Positions 28,662 through 37,368 of a stretch of DNA of 64,000 nt are shown piece by piece. A program made the translations under genes and the position numbers. The DNA is taken from positions 1-64,000 of the IMG/VR virus record IMGVR_UViG_3300037400_003271. One strand, given 5' to 3'. How positions within the stretch are numbered: the stretch's first letter is position 1; each line of letters begins with the position of its first letter. The DNA comes from a virus. Its lineage: Duplodnaviria; Caudoviricetes. The notes below the pieces were generated by a model. That model had not been told where the DNA came from, did not search any database, and saw only the letters and a program-made list of their open reading frames with translations.

Positions 28662-28670
28662 TGTTTACAG

Positions 28671-28698
28671 ATAGGCGGAGCGCAACAACTCTGCCTAT
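28671..28698 (+). terminator. Intercistronic hairpin after cassette gene 1
   Basis: ATAGGCGGAG-cgcaacaa-CTCTGCCTAT. Confidence 0.55.
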
Positions 28699-28715
28699 TT
28701 AAAAAAGATTTCAAT

Positions 28716-29054
28716 ATGGCAAAGTGGCCTTTTCAGTATGTAAATATCAACGGAATCCCGACCATCCAGTCTCGTTCCGTTACGGTGTCCGAGACCTCGG
28801 TTGACTTCAAGTTCAACCCGGACTGGGACCGCAGACCGTTCCGTGGGCTGATCCTCGTGTATCTCTCCGAGGAGATCCCGGACGGGACCACTACGACGCT
28901 TCCGATTCGGTTCTCGATGGGCGGCACGACGAGCAATGTTGCTCTTGCCGGCGGCGCGAACTGGACGGTGGCCGACATTCCTGGGCCCGGCGTCTACCTC
29001 CTGTACTACGACAGGTTGGCAGACACGCTCCAGCTTCTCAATACGACTATATAA
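28716..29054 (+). CDS. Beta-rich hypothetical protein (cassette gene 2)
   Basis: 112 aa, alternating hydrophobic pattern. Confidence 0.7.
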   Translation: MAKWPFQYVNINGIPTIQSRSVTVSETSVDFKFNPDWDRRPFRGLILVYLSEEIPDGTTTTLPIRFSMGGTTSNVALAGGANWTVADIPGPGVYLLYYDRLADTLQLLNTTI

Positions 29055-29074
29055 AAACAAAAACAGTTTAACAA

Positions 29075-29590
29075 ATGCTTTCAGGACTTAGACAAGGTAC
29101 TCCCGTGTACGTTCTATATAAGAACGAGCCGCGATTCGCGGTAGGAAAAGTCGCTCAAGTCAGCAATCAATATCCGCCGCAGTTCAATTTCCAGCAGCCA
29201 ATCAACCCTAACACGATGGGGATGATGGTAGACCTCTCGATCGAGGTGGACGGGAAAACGGAGACATATCCGAGGATACCGATCAACTCGTCGATAGCGG
29301 AATTCCCCGATAAGGGCGTGATCCTCAGCGAGACCCGTGACGGCATCGTGAACGAAATCAACGTCATTCGCAATGCCAGCCAGACGGCGATCGATCAGGT
29401 GGATCTGCACAAGCGAATCATCGAATCGTGTGACCAGCTCCTGCTTGACCTTAATCCTCAGCTCAAGCACGACCAGGAGCAGGCGGGGAAGATCGCAAGG
29501 CTGGAGGAGCAGATAGCGGGGATGAGCGAGCAGATAGCGGCTATGACGGGGCTCCTGTCTAAGTCCCTTGGAAAAAAGAAGGAGGAATAA
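29075..29590 (+). CDS. Hypothetical protein with C-terminal coiled coil (cassette gene 3)
   Basis: 171 aa; SH3-like beta N-half, heptad C-half. Confidence 0.7.
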   Translation: MLSGLRQGTPVYVLYKNEPRFAVGKVAQVSNQYPPQFNFQQPINPNTMGMMVDLSIEVDGKTETYPRIPINSSIAEFPDKGVILSETRDGIVNEINVIRNASQTAIDQVDLHKRIIESCDQLLLDLNPQLKHDQEQAGKIARLEEQIAGMSEQIAAMTGLLSKSLGKKKEE

Positions 29591-29593
29591 AAA

Positions 29594-29842
29594 ATGGGAT
29601 ACGCAGTTTACAACCTCAAGGGACGCAAGTCCGACGCCATGGAGTTCGAAGAGGCCGCAAGAATGGTCGAAGAAGGACTCGAGTGTATGCGCGAACTCGC
29701 CGAGGATATGAAGGAGCAGTACGGCATGCGCCGTGGCGGCTACGGAATGCGCGGCGACTATGGCCGGCGTGACGACTGGGATGAAATGGACGACATGTAC
29801 GGCATGCGCCGGCGTCGTGACTCCCGCGGCCGCTATATGTAG
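29594..29842 (+). CDS. Small R/G/Y/D low-complexity protein (cassette gene 4)
   Basis: 82 aa; YGMR repeats, ends RRRRDSRGRYM. Confidence 0.7.
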   Translation: MGYAVYNLKGRKSDAMEFEEAARMVEEGLECMRELAEDMKEQYGMRRGGYGMRGDYGRRDDWDEMDDMYGMRRRRDSRGRYM

Positions 29843-29849
29843 TATGACC

Positions 29850-29871
29850 GGGGCGGGGAAACCCGCCCTTT
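29850..29871 (+). terminator. Intrinsic terminator
   Basis: GGGCGGG-GAAA-CCCGCCC-TTTT. Confidence 0.8.
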
Positions 29872-29880
29872 TAAAAACGA

Positions 29881-30291
29881 ATGATTATGGCAGAACGGAT
29901 TGACGATTACGAACCTATGCCCAGAGGGCTTCGTGAATACCTGTCCTACAACGGGCGCCACTTCAGCAAGCCCCTCTATGAGTGGGCCGTAAAAATGATG
30001 GAGACGAGGACTGGGGACAAGGTGCGGCCGGTTGAGAAAAGCGCGTTCGATGAAAAGATGCGGACGAACAACGTGACACTCAAGAACGACAAGGGATACG
30101 ACGGCGTGTATGTGTGGTGTATGGCCACCGCGGACTATCTCGGTTCATCCATTACGGACGAGGCGCACCTGGCCAAGTTCGTAAAAGACTACCTCGACGA
30201 TCCGGACGGATCGCAGACAAGGGCGTTTGACGAGTTCTACGCGAAGACGATGGCGCTCGGGATCCCCGTTATTTGGGACGATATGCTTTAG
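29881..30291 (+). CDS. Hypothetical helical protein (cassette gene 5)
   Basis: 136 aa; YLSYNGRHFSKPLYEWAV motif. Confidence 0.7.
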   Translation: MIMAERIDDYEPMPRGLREYLSYNGRHFSKPLYEWAVKMMETRTGDKVRPVEKSAFDEKMRTNNVTLKNDKGYDGVYVWCMATADYLGSSITDEAHLAKFVKDYLDDPDGSQTRAFDEFYAKTMALGIPVIWDDML

Positions 30292-30294
30292 AAT

Positions 30295-30696
30295 ATGATC
30301 TCGCGAAAGGTGCACATACCAGGATGGACGATCTTGTTCCTATTCTCCTTCGACAGGCACGATATGGAGAGTATCCGCGATGCCCTGCTCTGGGCCGAGG
30401 CTCCCGATTCTATTATAGACGATGTGTCGGAGAATGTTTATTCTGGTAGACTGAACGAGGGCTTCACGTTCAGCGAGCCCTCGCTCAGGCGTACCGTATT
30501 CGCGACGAGCGGGACCACCAGCGGTCCAGAAATGCTGAACACGATAGTTCACGAAATAGTGCACATAGCACAGCACATCTCTGAAGAGAACGGAATCGAC
30601 CCGCTATCGGAGAGGATGGCATACCTGTGCGGAGACATAGCAAGTTCGGTCAGTGACATAGTCTGCAGGCTTTCGTGCCCGCATTGCAATAAATAG
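30295..30696 (+). CDS. Putative zinc metallopeptidase (cassette gene 6)
   Basis: HEIVH (HExxH) plus downstream ERMAYL glutamate. Confidence 0.6.
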   Translation: MISRKVHIPGWTILFLFSFDRHDMESIRDALLWAEAPDSIIDDVSENVYSGRLNEGFTFSEPSLRRTVFATSGTTSGPEMLNTIVHEIVHIAQHISEENGIDPLSERMAYLCGDIASSVSDIVCRLSCPHCNK

Positions 30697-30725
30697 AGCG
30701 GTACCGGCAAGTTGGTTGCTCTATA

Positions 30726-30770
30726 AATCCCCGGCAGGTTTTTGCGGTTACCTCGCCGGGGATTCTTTTC
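30726..30770. terminator. Bidirectional terminator between converging operons
   Basis: AATCCCCGGCAGG ... CCT(C)GCCGGGGATT followed by TCTTTT. Confidence 0.65.
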
Positions 30771-30771
30771 G

Positions 30772-30996
30772 TTAAATAAGGCCGAAATCGCGTGGCTCAA
30801 GCGCAAGGGTGTAGAATCTTGCCAGCGGGACCTTTAATGAGGAGCAAACGCGCTCTATTGTCTCGGTTTTGGCCTGCGTCTTACCGGCCTCGATTTTCCA
30901 AATCGACGCGGGGGTGATTCCTACCCGCTTCGCCAGATCCGGACGGGACAGGCCGTTCTCTTCCCGGATCGTCTTGATTGCTTTTCCTGTGTTCAT
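30772..30996 (-). CDS. XRE-family HTH regulator
   Basis: IKTIREENGLSRPDLAKRVGITPASIWKIEAG; real start 30996. Confidence 0.8.
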   Translation of the reverse strand: MNTGKAIKTIREENGLSRPDLAKRVGITPASIWKIEAGKTQAKTETIERVCSSLKVPLARFYTLALEPRDFGLI

Positions 30997-31259
30997 TTTT
31001 TGTTGGTTTGTATTTGTCCAATAATTTTTCCTTCTTCGCCCCAATGGATTCCGACAAGCGCTTGGAGAGCGCGGATGAGCCAACACGGGCGTTTGCCAAC
31101 GATGAAGTACATGCCGACCCGTTCTTCCGGCGGGAGGTGCTTGATGTTCTTCCCGACGTAGTAGTAGTAGTAATTCGGCTTCGGCTTGGGCGCCGCTGCT
31201 TGCTTGGCTTTCTCTTCTTCGTAGAGCTTCGCCCATCTGCCGTTTTGTTGTTGTGTCAT
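30993..31259 (-). CDS. Hypothetical protein
   Basis: Tiles in the leftward operon. Confidence 0.5.
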   Translation of the reverse strand: MTQQQNGRWAKLYEEEKAKQAAAPKPKPNYYYYYVGKNIKHLPPEERVGMYFIVGKRPCWLIRALQALVGIHWGEEGKIIGQIQTNKK

Positions 31260-31266
31260 TTCTTTT

Positions 31267-31584
31267 TTATTTGAGGGTTACGAATTCGATGAGGTACACG
31301 ATTCCGGCCACGATGCCGGCAATAAGTCCGACGCGGAGGTCGCGGAGGAGTAGACGCTTCCGTGGCGTGAGCTTCTTCCGATTGCTGGCGCGCCGCTCCT
31401 TTCGGCTTGCGCGCAGGAGGCGATTGGGGTAGTCCTTACCTCGCGGGCAGGCCGGGAGGGTGGAGATTGGATCACCCCCTCCGAAGGGCTCGGGGAAGGT
31501 GCAAATCGGCGTCCCGGATTCATCGGCATCGCGCCAGCAGCAGCCGCAGCCGGCGCAGTATTTCTTGATGAATTTCTCTTTCAT
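31267..31584 (-). CDS. Cys-rich protein with basic stretch and C-terminal TM helix
   Basis: CxxCxCC motif, R/K-rich segment, hydrophobic C-terminus. Confidence 0.5.
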   Translation of the reverse strand: MKEKFIKKYCAGCGCCWRDADESGTPICTFPEPFGGGDPISTLPACPRGKDYPNRLLRASRKERRASNRKKLTPRKRLLLRDLRVGLIAGIVAGIVYLIEFVTLK

Positions 31585-31853
31585 TTCTTGATGGTGTTAA
31601 GTTTGTCGATGGATGGAAGCCCGAGGAGGCGGAGGGCCTGGTCGGCCTTGCACTTGGTGGTCACTCCCTTTAGAATAAGATAGCTGAAATCGTGGTAAAT
31701 TTCGAGCGTTTCGGTGTCAGGCCGATATTCCACATAATCGTATCTTCCGTGTCCGTTGTCGTCCGTGACAACAAACCTAAAGAAAGTGATGGGAGGGATA
31801 ATCTCGTTCCCTTTCTCGAATCCCCATTTGAGTAGGTCTTTCTCTGTAATCAT
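31581..31853 (-). CDS. Hypothetical protein
   Basis: ATGA overlap; tiles. Confidence 0.5.
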   Translation of the reverse strand: MITEKDLLKWGFEKGNEIIPPITFFRFVVTDDNGHGRYDYVEYRPDTETLEIYHDFSYLILKGVTTKCKADQALRLLGLPSIDKLNTIKK

Positions 31854-31854
31854 A

Positions 31855-32043
31855 CTATTCCTCCACTTTTTCTAATTTAATTCTGCCAACAGGTTTGGTT
31901 GCGGCTTCCAACAAGAAATACACTTTGCGTTGCGCATACTTCTTCGCGCCGTCCTCTCCGGTGTTTAAGTACGCTCTTTCAAGCTGTTCGTCCGTAACTT
32001 CGTATGTACGCTTAATGTCAATCGTAACTCTGTACTTTGCCAT
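31855..32043 (-). CDS. Hypothetical protein
   Basis: Tiles. Confidence 0.45.
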   Translation of the reverse strand: MAKYRVTIDIKRTYEVTDEQLERAYLNTGEDGAKKYAQRKVYFLLEAATKPVGRIKLEKVEE

Positions 32044-32045
32044 AG

Positions 32046-32333
32046 CTATTCCTCCACATTAGGTTCGATGAACTCGATGTCCATATATTCGCACATATCC
32101 TCAAAGGAACCGAAGCGCTTTGACCCCGGGAAATAGGCGCAAAATTCAGCGCCGTAACACCAGAAAGCATATCTGCCGTACTCATTCTTTTCTCCCCTAC
32201 AAATCTCTCGGTACGGCTCGTTCTTGGCAACGTTCCACCCATTATTAACGATGCACACAACTGGGCCTCCCTTATCCAGCAGCTCCTTGAGCCGCTTGTA
32301 GTCCTTTGATGTCTTGTAGTTCAGCTTGCTCAT
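32046..32333 (-). CDS. Hypothetical protein
   Basis: Start MSKLNYK at 32333 overlaps the upstream stop. Confidence 0.5.
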   Translation of the reverse strand: MSKLNYKTSKDYKRLKELLDKGGPVVCIVNNGWNVAKNEPYREICRGEKNEYGRYAFWCYGAEFCAYFPGSKRFGSFEDMCEYMDIEFIEPNVEE

Positions 32334-33112
32334 ACTCTCTTGATTTTGAAAATGTCGATAGGTGTCTGCGGCGGCATCCCAAGATAGTCCGTAATGCTTT
32401 TCTTGAGGTAGTAGGGCTTGTTTCTGCAATAGAGCAAGGACGCAATCCGCTCAACCTCGTTCCTATTATACTCCGACAGGCTTTTGCCGCTCATAAGGCC
32501 GACCTTAATCAAGTCGCAGTAGTCATTGATGAGATGGATGATCTCCGCAGTCTTCAGAGGATCGACCACCGGCTCCAAGGAGGCGAAAGTTCGATAGCCG
32601 TACTGGTGGAGGGTTCTCATCGTCTCGCACCTTTCCGCGTTAGTGGATGCCCCCGGCTCCAGATCGTCGCGGCCCGTGAGGGTAAACCCGAAAGCCAGAT
32701 CATCCCGATAGCACCAACAATGGGTGAGCAAGGTGTCGAACACCTTGATGAAGTCCGCGTTTTTCGTGAGTACCTGGCATTTCACACCTCGCGTAAGAGC
32801 AAGGGTGATACACTCCCAGTTCAGCTCGCGCGTTTCCGGAATCATCGGGTCGCTGGAGAAGGTGAAGAACAGGCTTGACTTCTGCAATTCGGTGAGGTTC
32901 TTGTCAAGCTCCTTTACGAACACATTGAAGGCATCCTCCGGATCGCTGAAGCACTTCTTCAAGGTGGGCACCGGCCCGCCCATCGCGTGAGAGAGAAGTC
33001 CCCTCTTGCAGTAGCAGTAGGAGCAGTTGTTGCTGCACCCGACATAGAGGTTACACGCCCATTCTGCGTATTCCCCCGCCTTGCCTTTCGGCTTGTAGAT
33101 TGCTTTACTCAT
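32330..33112 (-). CDS. Radical SAM protein (spore photoproduct lyase-like phage family)
   Basis: NLYVGCSNNCSYCYC = CxxxCxxC; SSDP and SLEP motifs. Confidence 0.8.
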   Translation of the reverse strand: MSKAIYKPKGKAGEYAEWACNLYVGCSNNCSYCYCKRGLLSHAMGGPVPTLKKCFSDPEDAFNVFVKELDKNLTELQKSSLFFTFSSDPMIPETRELNWECITLALTRGVKCQVLTKNADFIKVFDTLLTHCWCYRDDLAFGFTLTGRDDLEPGASTNAERCETMRTLHQYGYRTFASLEPVVDPLKTAEIIHLINDYCDLIKVGLMSGKSLSEYNRNEVERIASLLYCRNKPYYLKKSITDYLGMPPQTPIDIFKIKRV

Positions 33113-33113
33113 A

Positions 33114-33482
33114 CTATTTATCGTTTGATTCCCAAATATGTGCGACCGGCTTTTCTACGAATTGCTCGCAGGCATCCGACTCCGGGAAGATGTAGTTGGT
33201 CGGAGAGGCGCAACACCCTTTCGGTGCTTTGTAAAAGCGGCAGCCCACACACTTCTTGCCTTCGACTTGCTCCCAGCGCTCCATCGCATCGTGCAGATAG
33301 ATGAGCGCCCGTTTCACGAAGGCCGGGACTTCCTGCCCGCCGGAGTTCCCTACCCCAACGCGGACAGATTCGAGGAACACGCCCTTTCCAGGGCAGTCGA
33401 AGCCGAGGTGGATGTCACCATCGTTTCCTCGGATGATGCGGAACTTGTTGCCGTTCCCATCGAGAGAGATAAGCTCTTTCAT
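33114..33482 (-). CDS. Hypothetical protein, paralog of 33479-33805, C-terminal Cys cluster
   Basis: Shared pattern SL..N..(K/R)..I.R..DGDI...VRVG..G. Confidence 0.55.
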   Translation of the reverse strand: MKELISLDGNGNKFRIIRGNDGDIHLGFDCPGKGVFLESVRVGVGNSGGQEVPAFVKRALIYLHDAMERWEQVEGKKCVGCRFYKAPKGCCASPTNYIFPESDACEQFVEKPVAHIWESNDK

Positions 33483-33805
33483 TTCTTGTCCTCCATTTCT
33501 TTAGGTAATCCGCCTTTGCCGGAATATGTGACGTGAGACCTCTCCAACTCGTCCTCCTTGTATCTTGCATCCCGTTCGTACTTGCAGTCCTCGAACTTCT
33601 CGAACTCGGTCGCAAGCTCGTTCAGCAAAGACCAGATGCGCCGGGGAATATCGTGGCCGGAGCCACAGCCTCCGACGCGAACTCCAAGCAAGTGGTTCTC
33701 TCGGTGCGTTTCTCCATCGTGGATGATGGTCACTTGTATATCTCCGTCGGGCTGACGGAAGATGCTCAACCTGTCTCGGTTGTCATTAAGGCTCCTGATT
33801 GTCAT
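33479..33805 (-). CDS. Hypothetical protein, paralog of 33114-33482
   Basis: Same shared pattern. Confidence 0.55.
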   Translation of the reverse strand: MTIRSLNDNRDRLSIFRQPDGDIQVTIIHDGETHRENHLLGVRVGGCGSGHDIPRRIWSLLNELATEFEKFEDCKYERDARYKEDELERSHVTYSGKGGLPKEMEDKK

Positions 33806-34074
33806 TTCTCGTCCTCCTTCGGAAAAACCTTTTCAGCATCAATGTCGAAGTATTCGCAGACCTCCTCAAAAGGGCAGAGTGCTACAGAGCCGTCGGGCTG
33901 CAGGCGGGTTTCGCACGGAAGTACGCCACAATCGAAAGCAGCATATAGCATATCGCAAAACTCTCTTAAATCATAATGCGACACGAAAAGAATTAGGTGA
34001 ACGCCATCATCCTCAATCCATCGCCACTCACATTCTTTCTCCTTGATAAACTTGTATAAATCTAATTCGGTCAT
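33802..34074 (-). CDS. Hypothetical protein
   Basis: ATGA overlap; tiles. Confidence 0.5.
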   Translation of the reverse strand: MTELDLYKFIKEKECEWRWIEDDGVHLILFVSHYDLREFCDMLYAAFDCGVLPCETRLQPDGSVALCPFEEVCEYFDIDAEKVFPKEDEK

Positions 34075-34238
34075 TTCTTGTCCTCCTTATACCCGTCCGG
34101 TATGTGAAACAACCCGACGCTAATACCACCATTGAGGTATTCGATAACCTCGTTCAACTTGTCCCTTAACGTGGCCTCGTGACAAAACGGCGTTTCGGGG
34201 ATCGGCTTGATGTATTCTTTAATGTACTCTTTTGCCAT
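34071..34238 (-). CDS. Small hypothetical protein, 55 aa (not in ORF track)
   Basis: MAKEYIKEY...EDKK; fills the gap exactly. Confidence 0.45.
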   Translation of the reverse strand: MAKEYIKEYIKPIPETPFCHEATLRDKLNEVIEYLNGGISVGLFHIPDGYKEDKK

Positions 34239-34239
34239 A

Positions 34240-34572
34240 CTATTCAGCTTTGTTTCTCCGCCGTGCCGGATTGTAGTTACAATGTTCGATCAGCTCTTTG
34301 TAGCGCTCAATCTGGGCGGCTTTGATCTCGTCCCAACATTGTTCGCTGCCGTCGTACACGAACCACTTCTCTGGATTGTGAGGTTTGTTGCTGTCGAACT
34401 TTTCGTTGTAGTACCTCACCGGCTCCTTGAACTCGTTGATGAAGATGGAGTAATTATCGTTGTGCGGCAGGGGGCACAGATACTCCAGGATGGTGGGGCT
34501 GACGGTGGCTCGGTCAATCGACCAGATCATATCGCCCGGTTTCAGTTCGGAAATGCTGTTGATTCTTTTCAT
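34240..34572 (-). CDS. Hypothetical protein
   Basis: Tiles. Confidence 0.5.
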   Translation of the reverse strand: MKRINSISELKPGDMIWSIDRATVSPTILEYLCPLPHNDNYSIFINEFKEPVRYYNEKFDSNKPHNPEKWFVYDGSEQCWDEIKAAQIERYKELIEHCNYNPARRRNKAE

Positions 34573-34573
34573 A

Positions 34574-35038
34574 CTACTTCTCCTTTTTGATGATGATTGC
34601 CTTGTACTCTCCCCGAGGTAGATGCTGGATATGCTCGTCCGTGGGGTTGATGTGGAGGATGTGCTGCTTGGTGTAGCGATTTATTGTGATGTCCGTGTCG
34701 ATCTCCACCGCATCCTTCATCAGCCGCTCGCGCTCGGCGAGCATTCCTTCTATGAAAGACTCTCGTTTTGTTTGATTTCTATCTATCATCAACCGCGGAT
34801 GATGTACGTCCCCTAACATATCGACAGGATATGCTTTGTGTGCCGCTTCCTGGACGTCGGAGGGGACAAGGATGGGGTTCTCTTCCGCAGGGAGAGAGTC
34901 GATGAATTTTTTGAGGTCGGTAAGCTCTGTGACGCGGCTTTGGCAATCACCCGCGTCACCCTCGTACTTGATCCCGGCCTGCCACGATTTTATCCGCCGT
35001 TCCACCTCGGCGCGTATCTGTTCTACTTGGTTGCTCAT
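34574..35038 (-). CDS. Hypothetical protein
   Basis: Tiles. Confidence 0.5.
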   Translation of the reverse strand: MSNQVEQIRAEVERRIKSWQAGIKYEGDAGDCQSRVTELTDLKKFIDSLPAEENPILVPSDVQEAAHKAYPVDMLGDVHHPRLMIDRNQTKRESFIEGMLAERERLMKDAVEIDTDITINRYTKQHILHINPTDEHIQHLPRGEYKAIIIKKEK

Positions 35039-35066
35039 ATCTTACTACATATTTTTTGCATTAACA

Positions 35067-35498
35067 TCAGCCTTCTTTGACAGAAATCCCGTCCAGGGTG
35101 ATCTCTTTCTCGATTCCGCAGATGGTGAGGAATTGCTGGAGCCGGTGGATAGAGCTGACATCCGCCGCGATATTCTGGCCGCAGACAATCTTCCCATCAC
35201 GAATAGTCAGCCCGAATTGCTCCCAGCCGTCGATAAACGGAATATCGTTGTATCGCCAGCCGTTCTTCTCTAAAACTTCCGAGGTGGTGGGGATCGGAGA
35301 CAGGTAGTCACACCAAATTCCGCCAGATGCCGACCTGTCATTCACATCCACGCAACGCGCGGAGCCGACAAGACCTTTTTCCGGGAATTTGTTGGCAGAA
35401 TCTACTTCTACTACCCTCACGATAGTCCCCTTCGGGATGCACAGACCACTCTTGTTTACCATCACAAGGTTTCCGGTCATTAACTCACTTGCTTTCAT
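35067..35498 (-). CDS. Hypothetical protein
   Basis: Start MKASELM at 35498. Confidence 0.5.
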   Translation of the reverse strand: MKASELMTGNLVMVNKSGLCIPKGTIVRVVEVDSANKFPEKGLVGSARCVDVNDRSASGGIWCDYLSPIPTTSEVLEKNGWRYNDIPFIDGWEQFGLTIRDGKIVCGQNIAADVSSIHRLQQFLTICGIEKEITLDGISVKEG

Positions 35499-35659
35499 AG
35501 CACGATAAACATTACGATTACGATGATAGCGGCCACGCCGCAGACGATCCACCGGGTAGTCCTTTCCCGGCTCATATAGACTGGGCAAACTCCGCTGAAC
35601 AGCGGGCAGAAGCCCTTGTAGCCCGCGCACTTCGCGCACATAGGAGGTAAGTGTCTCAT
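35495..35659 (-). CDS. Small Cys-rich membrane protein
   Basis: CxxC..C...C plus C-terminal TM helix; ATGA overlaps at both ends. Confidence 0.45.
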   Translation of the reverse strand: MRHLPPMCAKCAGYKGFCPLFSGVCPVYMSRERTTRWIVCGVAAIIVIVMFIVL

Positions 35660-36513
35660 TTTCCTTGCAGTTGTTTGATTAACTCGTCGGCATAGAGAAC
35701 CGCCATACCACATATCTCTTGCGGATCAGGGTAGGCGTCAGTATCGAAATCACACATAAGCATTTTGAGCATCGCCTCCTTCGCCGCCTCCCTACGGTAT
35801 GCGGCCCAATCGGTCTCGCTCTCGTCAAGGACTTCCCAATCCGTTGCAAGGCCGGAATAGTTGTGAAGCAATCCGTCCGCGCCGATGTAAGAGATCGTCC
35901 CGTATTCCTTCGACCATCCGAAGTTGCTCACAACCTCGCCGGTCACTTTGTTCCTTGCTTTCATAGGCTGCTTGACTAATTCGAACTCATAGACAAACAC
36001 CCACGGGTTGCTCTCCCAAGTTTTTCTGCCAGAGATCCGGTTGATGAGACCGACAAAGGCGGAAAGAGGATTAGTGAAACTGCCATCAATACCGGGCACG
36101 GTGCAGTAGTCATTATCGTCAAAAATGGACTCGGCCATAACGCCCTCTCGCAGACAATCCTCGTCGGAGATGTCTTGCAGCCGCTCGACGCGGACATTGG
36201 TGATGCGGATGCGGTATGTCATAAGTTCTGCGAGGACGAACATCTTGTTAGTCCACCCCGGAGAACGCCGCAGCAGTTCCTTTCTTCTGCGATTGATACG
36301 AGGATTCGGGTCTTTCAAGGTTTCCGCATAGCTCCGCGCCACGGCCACCACCTCGCCGACCTTGTAGCGGGATTCCATCACCGCGATGCCGGGGAGATGC
36401 CCTTTGATATACTTCACCAGATTCTCCGGAACGAGCCGCCGCGCCATAGTCTTGCGGCCCTCCAGGACGGCTTGCGTCAGGCCGAAACGATCCGAAAACA
36501 TTATCTTCTGCAT
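35656..36513 (-). CDS. ASCH/PUA-like domain protein, apparently fused to a downstream gene
   Basis: MQKIMFSDRFGLTQAVLEGRKTMARR...VERLQDIS...NPWVFVYEFEL, then CAG CCT ATG at 35970-35962. Confidence 0.6.
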   Translation of the reverse strand: MQKIMFSDRFGLTQAVLEGRKTMARRLVPENLVKYIKGHLPGIAVMESRYKVGEVVAVARSYAETLKDPNPRINRRRKELLRRSPGWTNKMFVLAELMTYRIRITNVRVERLQDISDEDCLREGVMAESIFDDNDYCTVPGIDGSFTNPLSAFVGLINRISGRKTWESNPWVFVYEFELVKQPMKARNKVTGEVVSNFGWSKEYGTISYIGADGLLHNYSGLATDWEVLDESETDWAAYRREAAKEAMLKMLMCDFDTDAYPDPQEICGMAVLYADELIKQLQGK

Positions 36514-36522
36514 AGTAAATTT

Positions 36523-37368
36523 TTATTTATTTCTATGATAGTCTTTACGATGTCCTCCCCATCTGTTCTCGTAGCAGGTTGTTGTGTTAAGCAGCTCCCA
36601 CGAAATGTCGTGTTTAGCGCTATGGTCTTTGTGGCGAATGTCATTGTTTGTAATTCCAAGCTCTTTCGCTGCCTTGTTCACGGATTCAAACATCTTTGTT
36701 GATCCGTCTGGAAGGAAAACCTTGACGCGAATCGTCTTTGGAATTTTATTCAACTCAACGAGGTGCGGAACTTCACCATCGCCACCTTCATAAGTCCAGA
36801 TAAAACCATACGCCTGTCGATTCTCTAATCGGCAGCATCCGGTTATTTTGCCAGACGCGGAGGCCAAGCGTTCTGTATCTTTCATATAAGCACGAGCGGC
36901 ATCGGAGGCCGATCCCCACCTTGACACAAATTCTCCGTCAAGCGAGAACTGAAGCACCGGTTTCTTTAAACTTTCACAGCATCCCTTCTCCCACTTCTTC
37001 TTCATCTCGATTCTTTGTGCTGCCGCTTGTCTTTGGCGAGAGATTGGATTGTTCGAGTTCTCTTTATGCGTGCACCATCGAAGATTCTCGACACGATTAT
37101 TTCGTGGGTTCCCGTCAATGTGGTCTATACATCTCTTTCCCTCCGGGTTCGGAATAAACGCCTGGGCCACGAGTTGATGGGTGCGCACATATTTTATGGT
37201 CTTATTCCTCACAAGAATTAGATCATAATATCCATTCTTGTTTATTCGTTGAAAGACATTATGGGTCTTGTACCCGCCGCGCCAACGAAGCGAACGAACA
37301 TTACCAATGTTGCTAACTTCATACAAACCCTCATAACCGACAACCGGCTTCCAGATTTCGTTCTCCAT
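36523..37368 (-). mobile_element. Free-standing NUMOD4-HNH-NUMOD1 homing endonuclease gene
   Basis: EIWKPVVGYEGLYEVSN, IDHIDGNPRNNRVENLRW; visibly lower GC than neighbours. Confidence 0.85.

Noticed and set aside
35962-35970. Genome-wide TAG-to-Gln recoding
   Set aside because: TAG ends many genes cleanly (141, 9418, 25562, 26824, 29842, 30291) and long genes are uninterrupted under code 11
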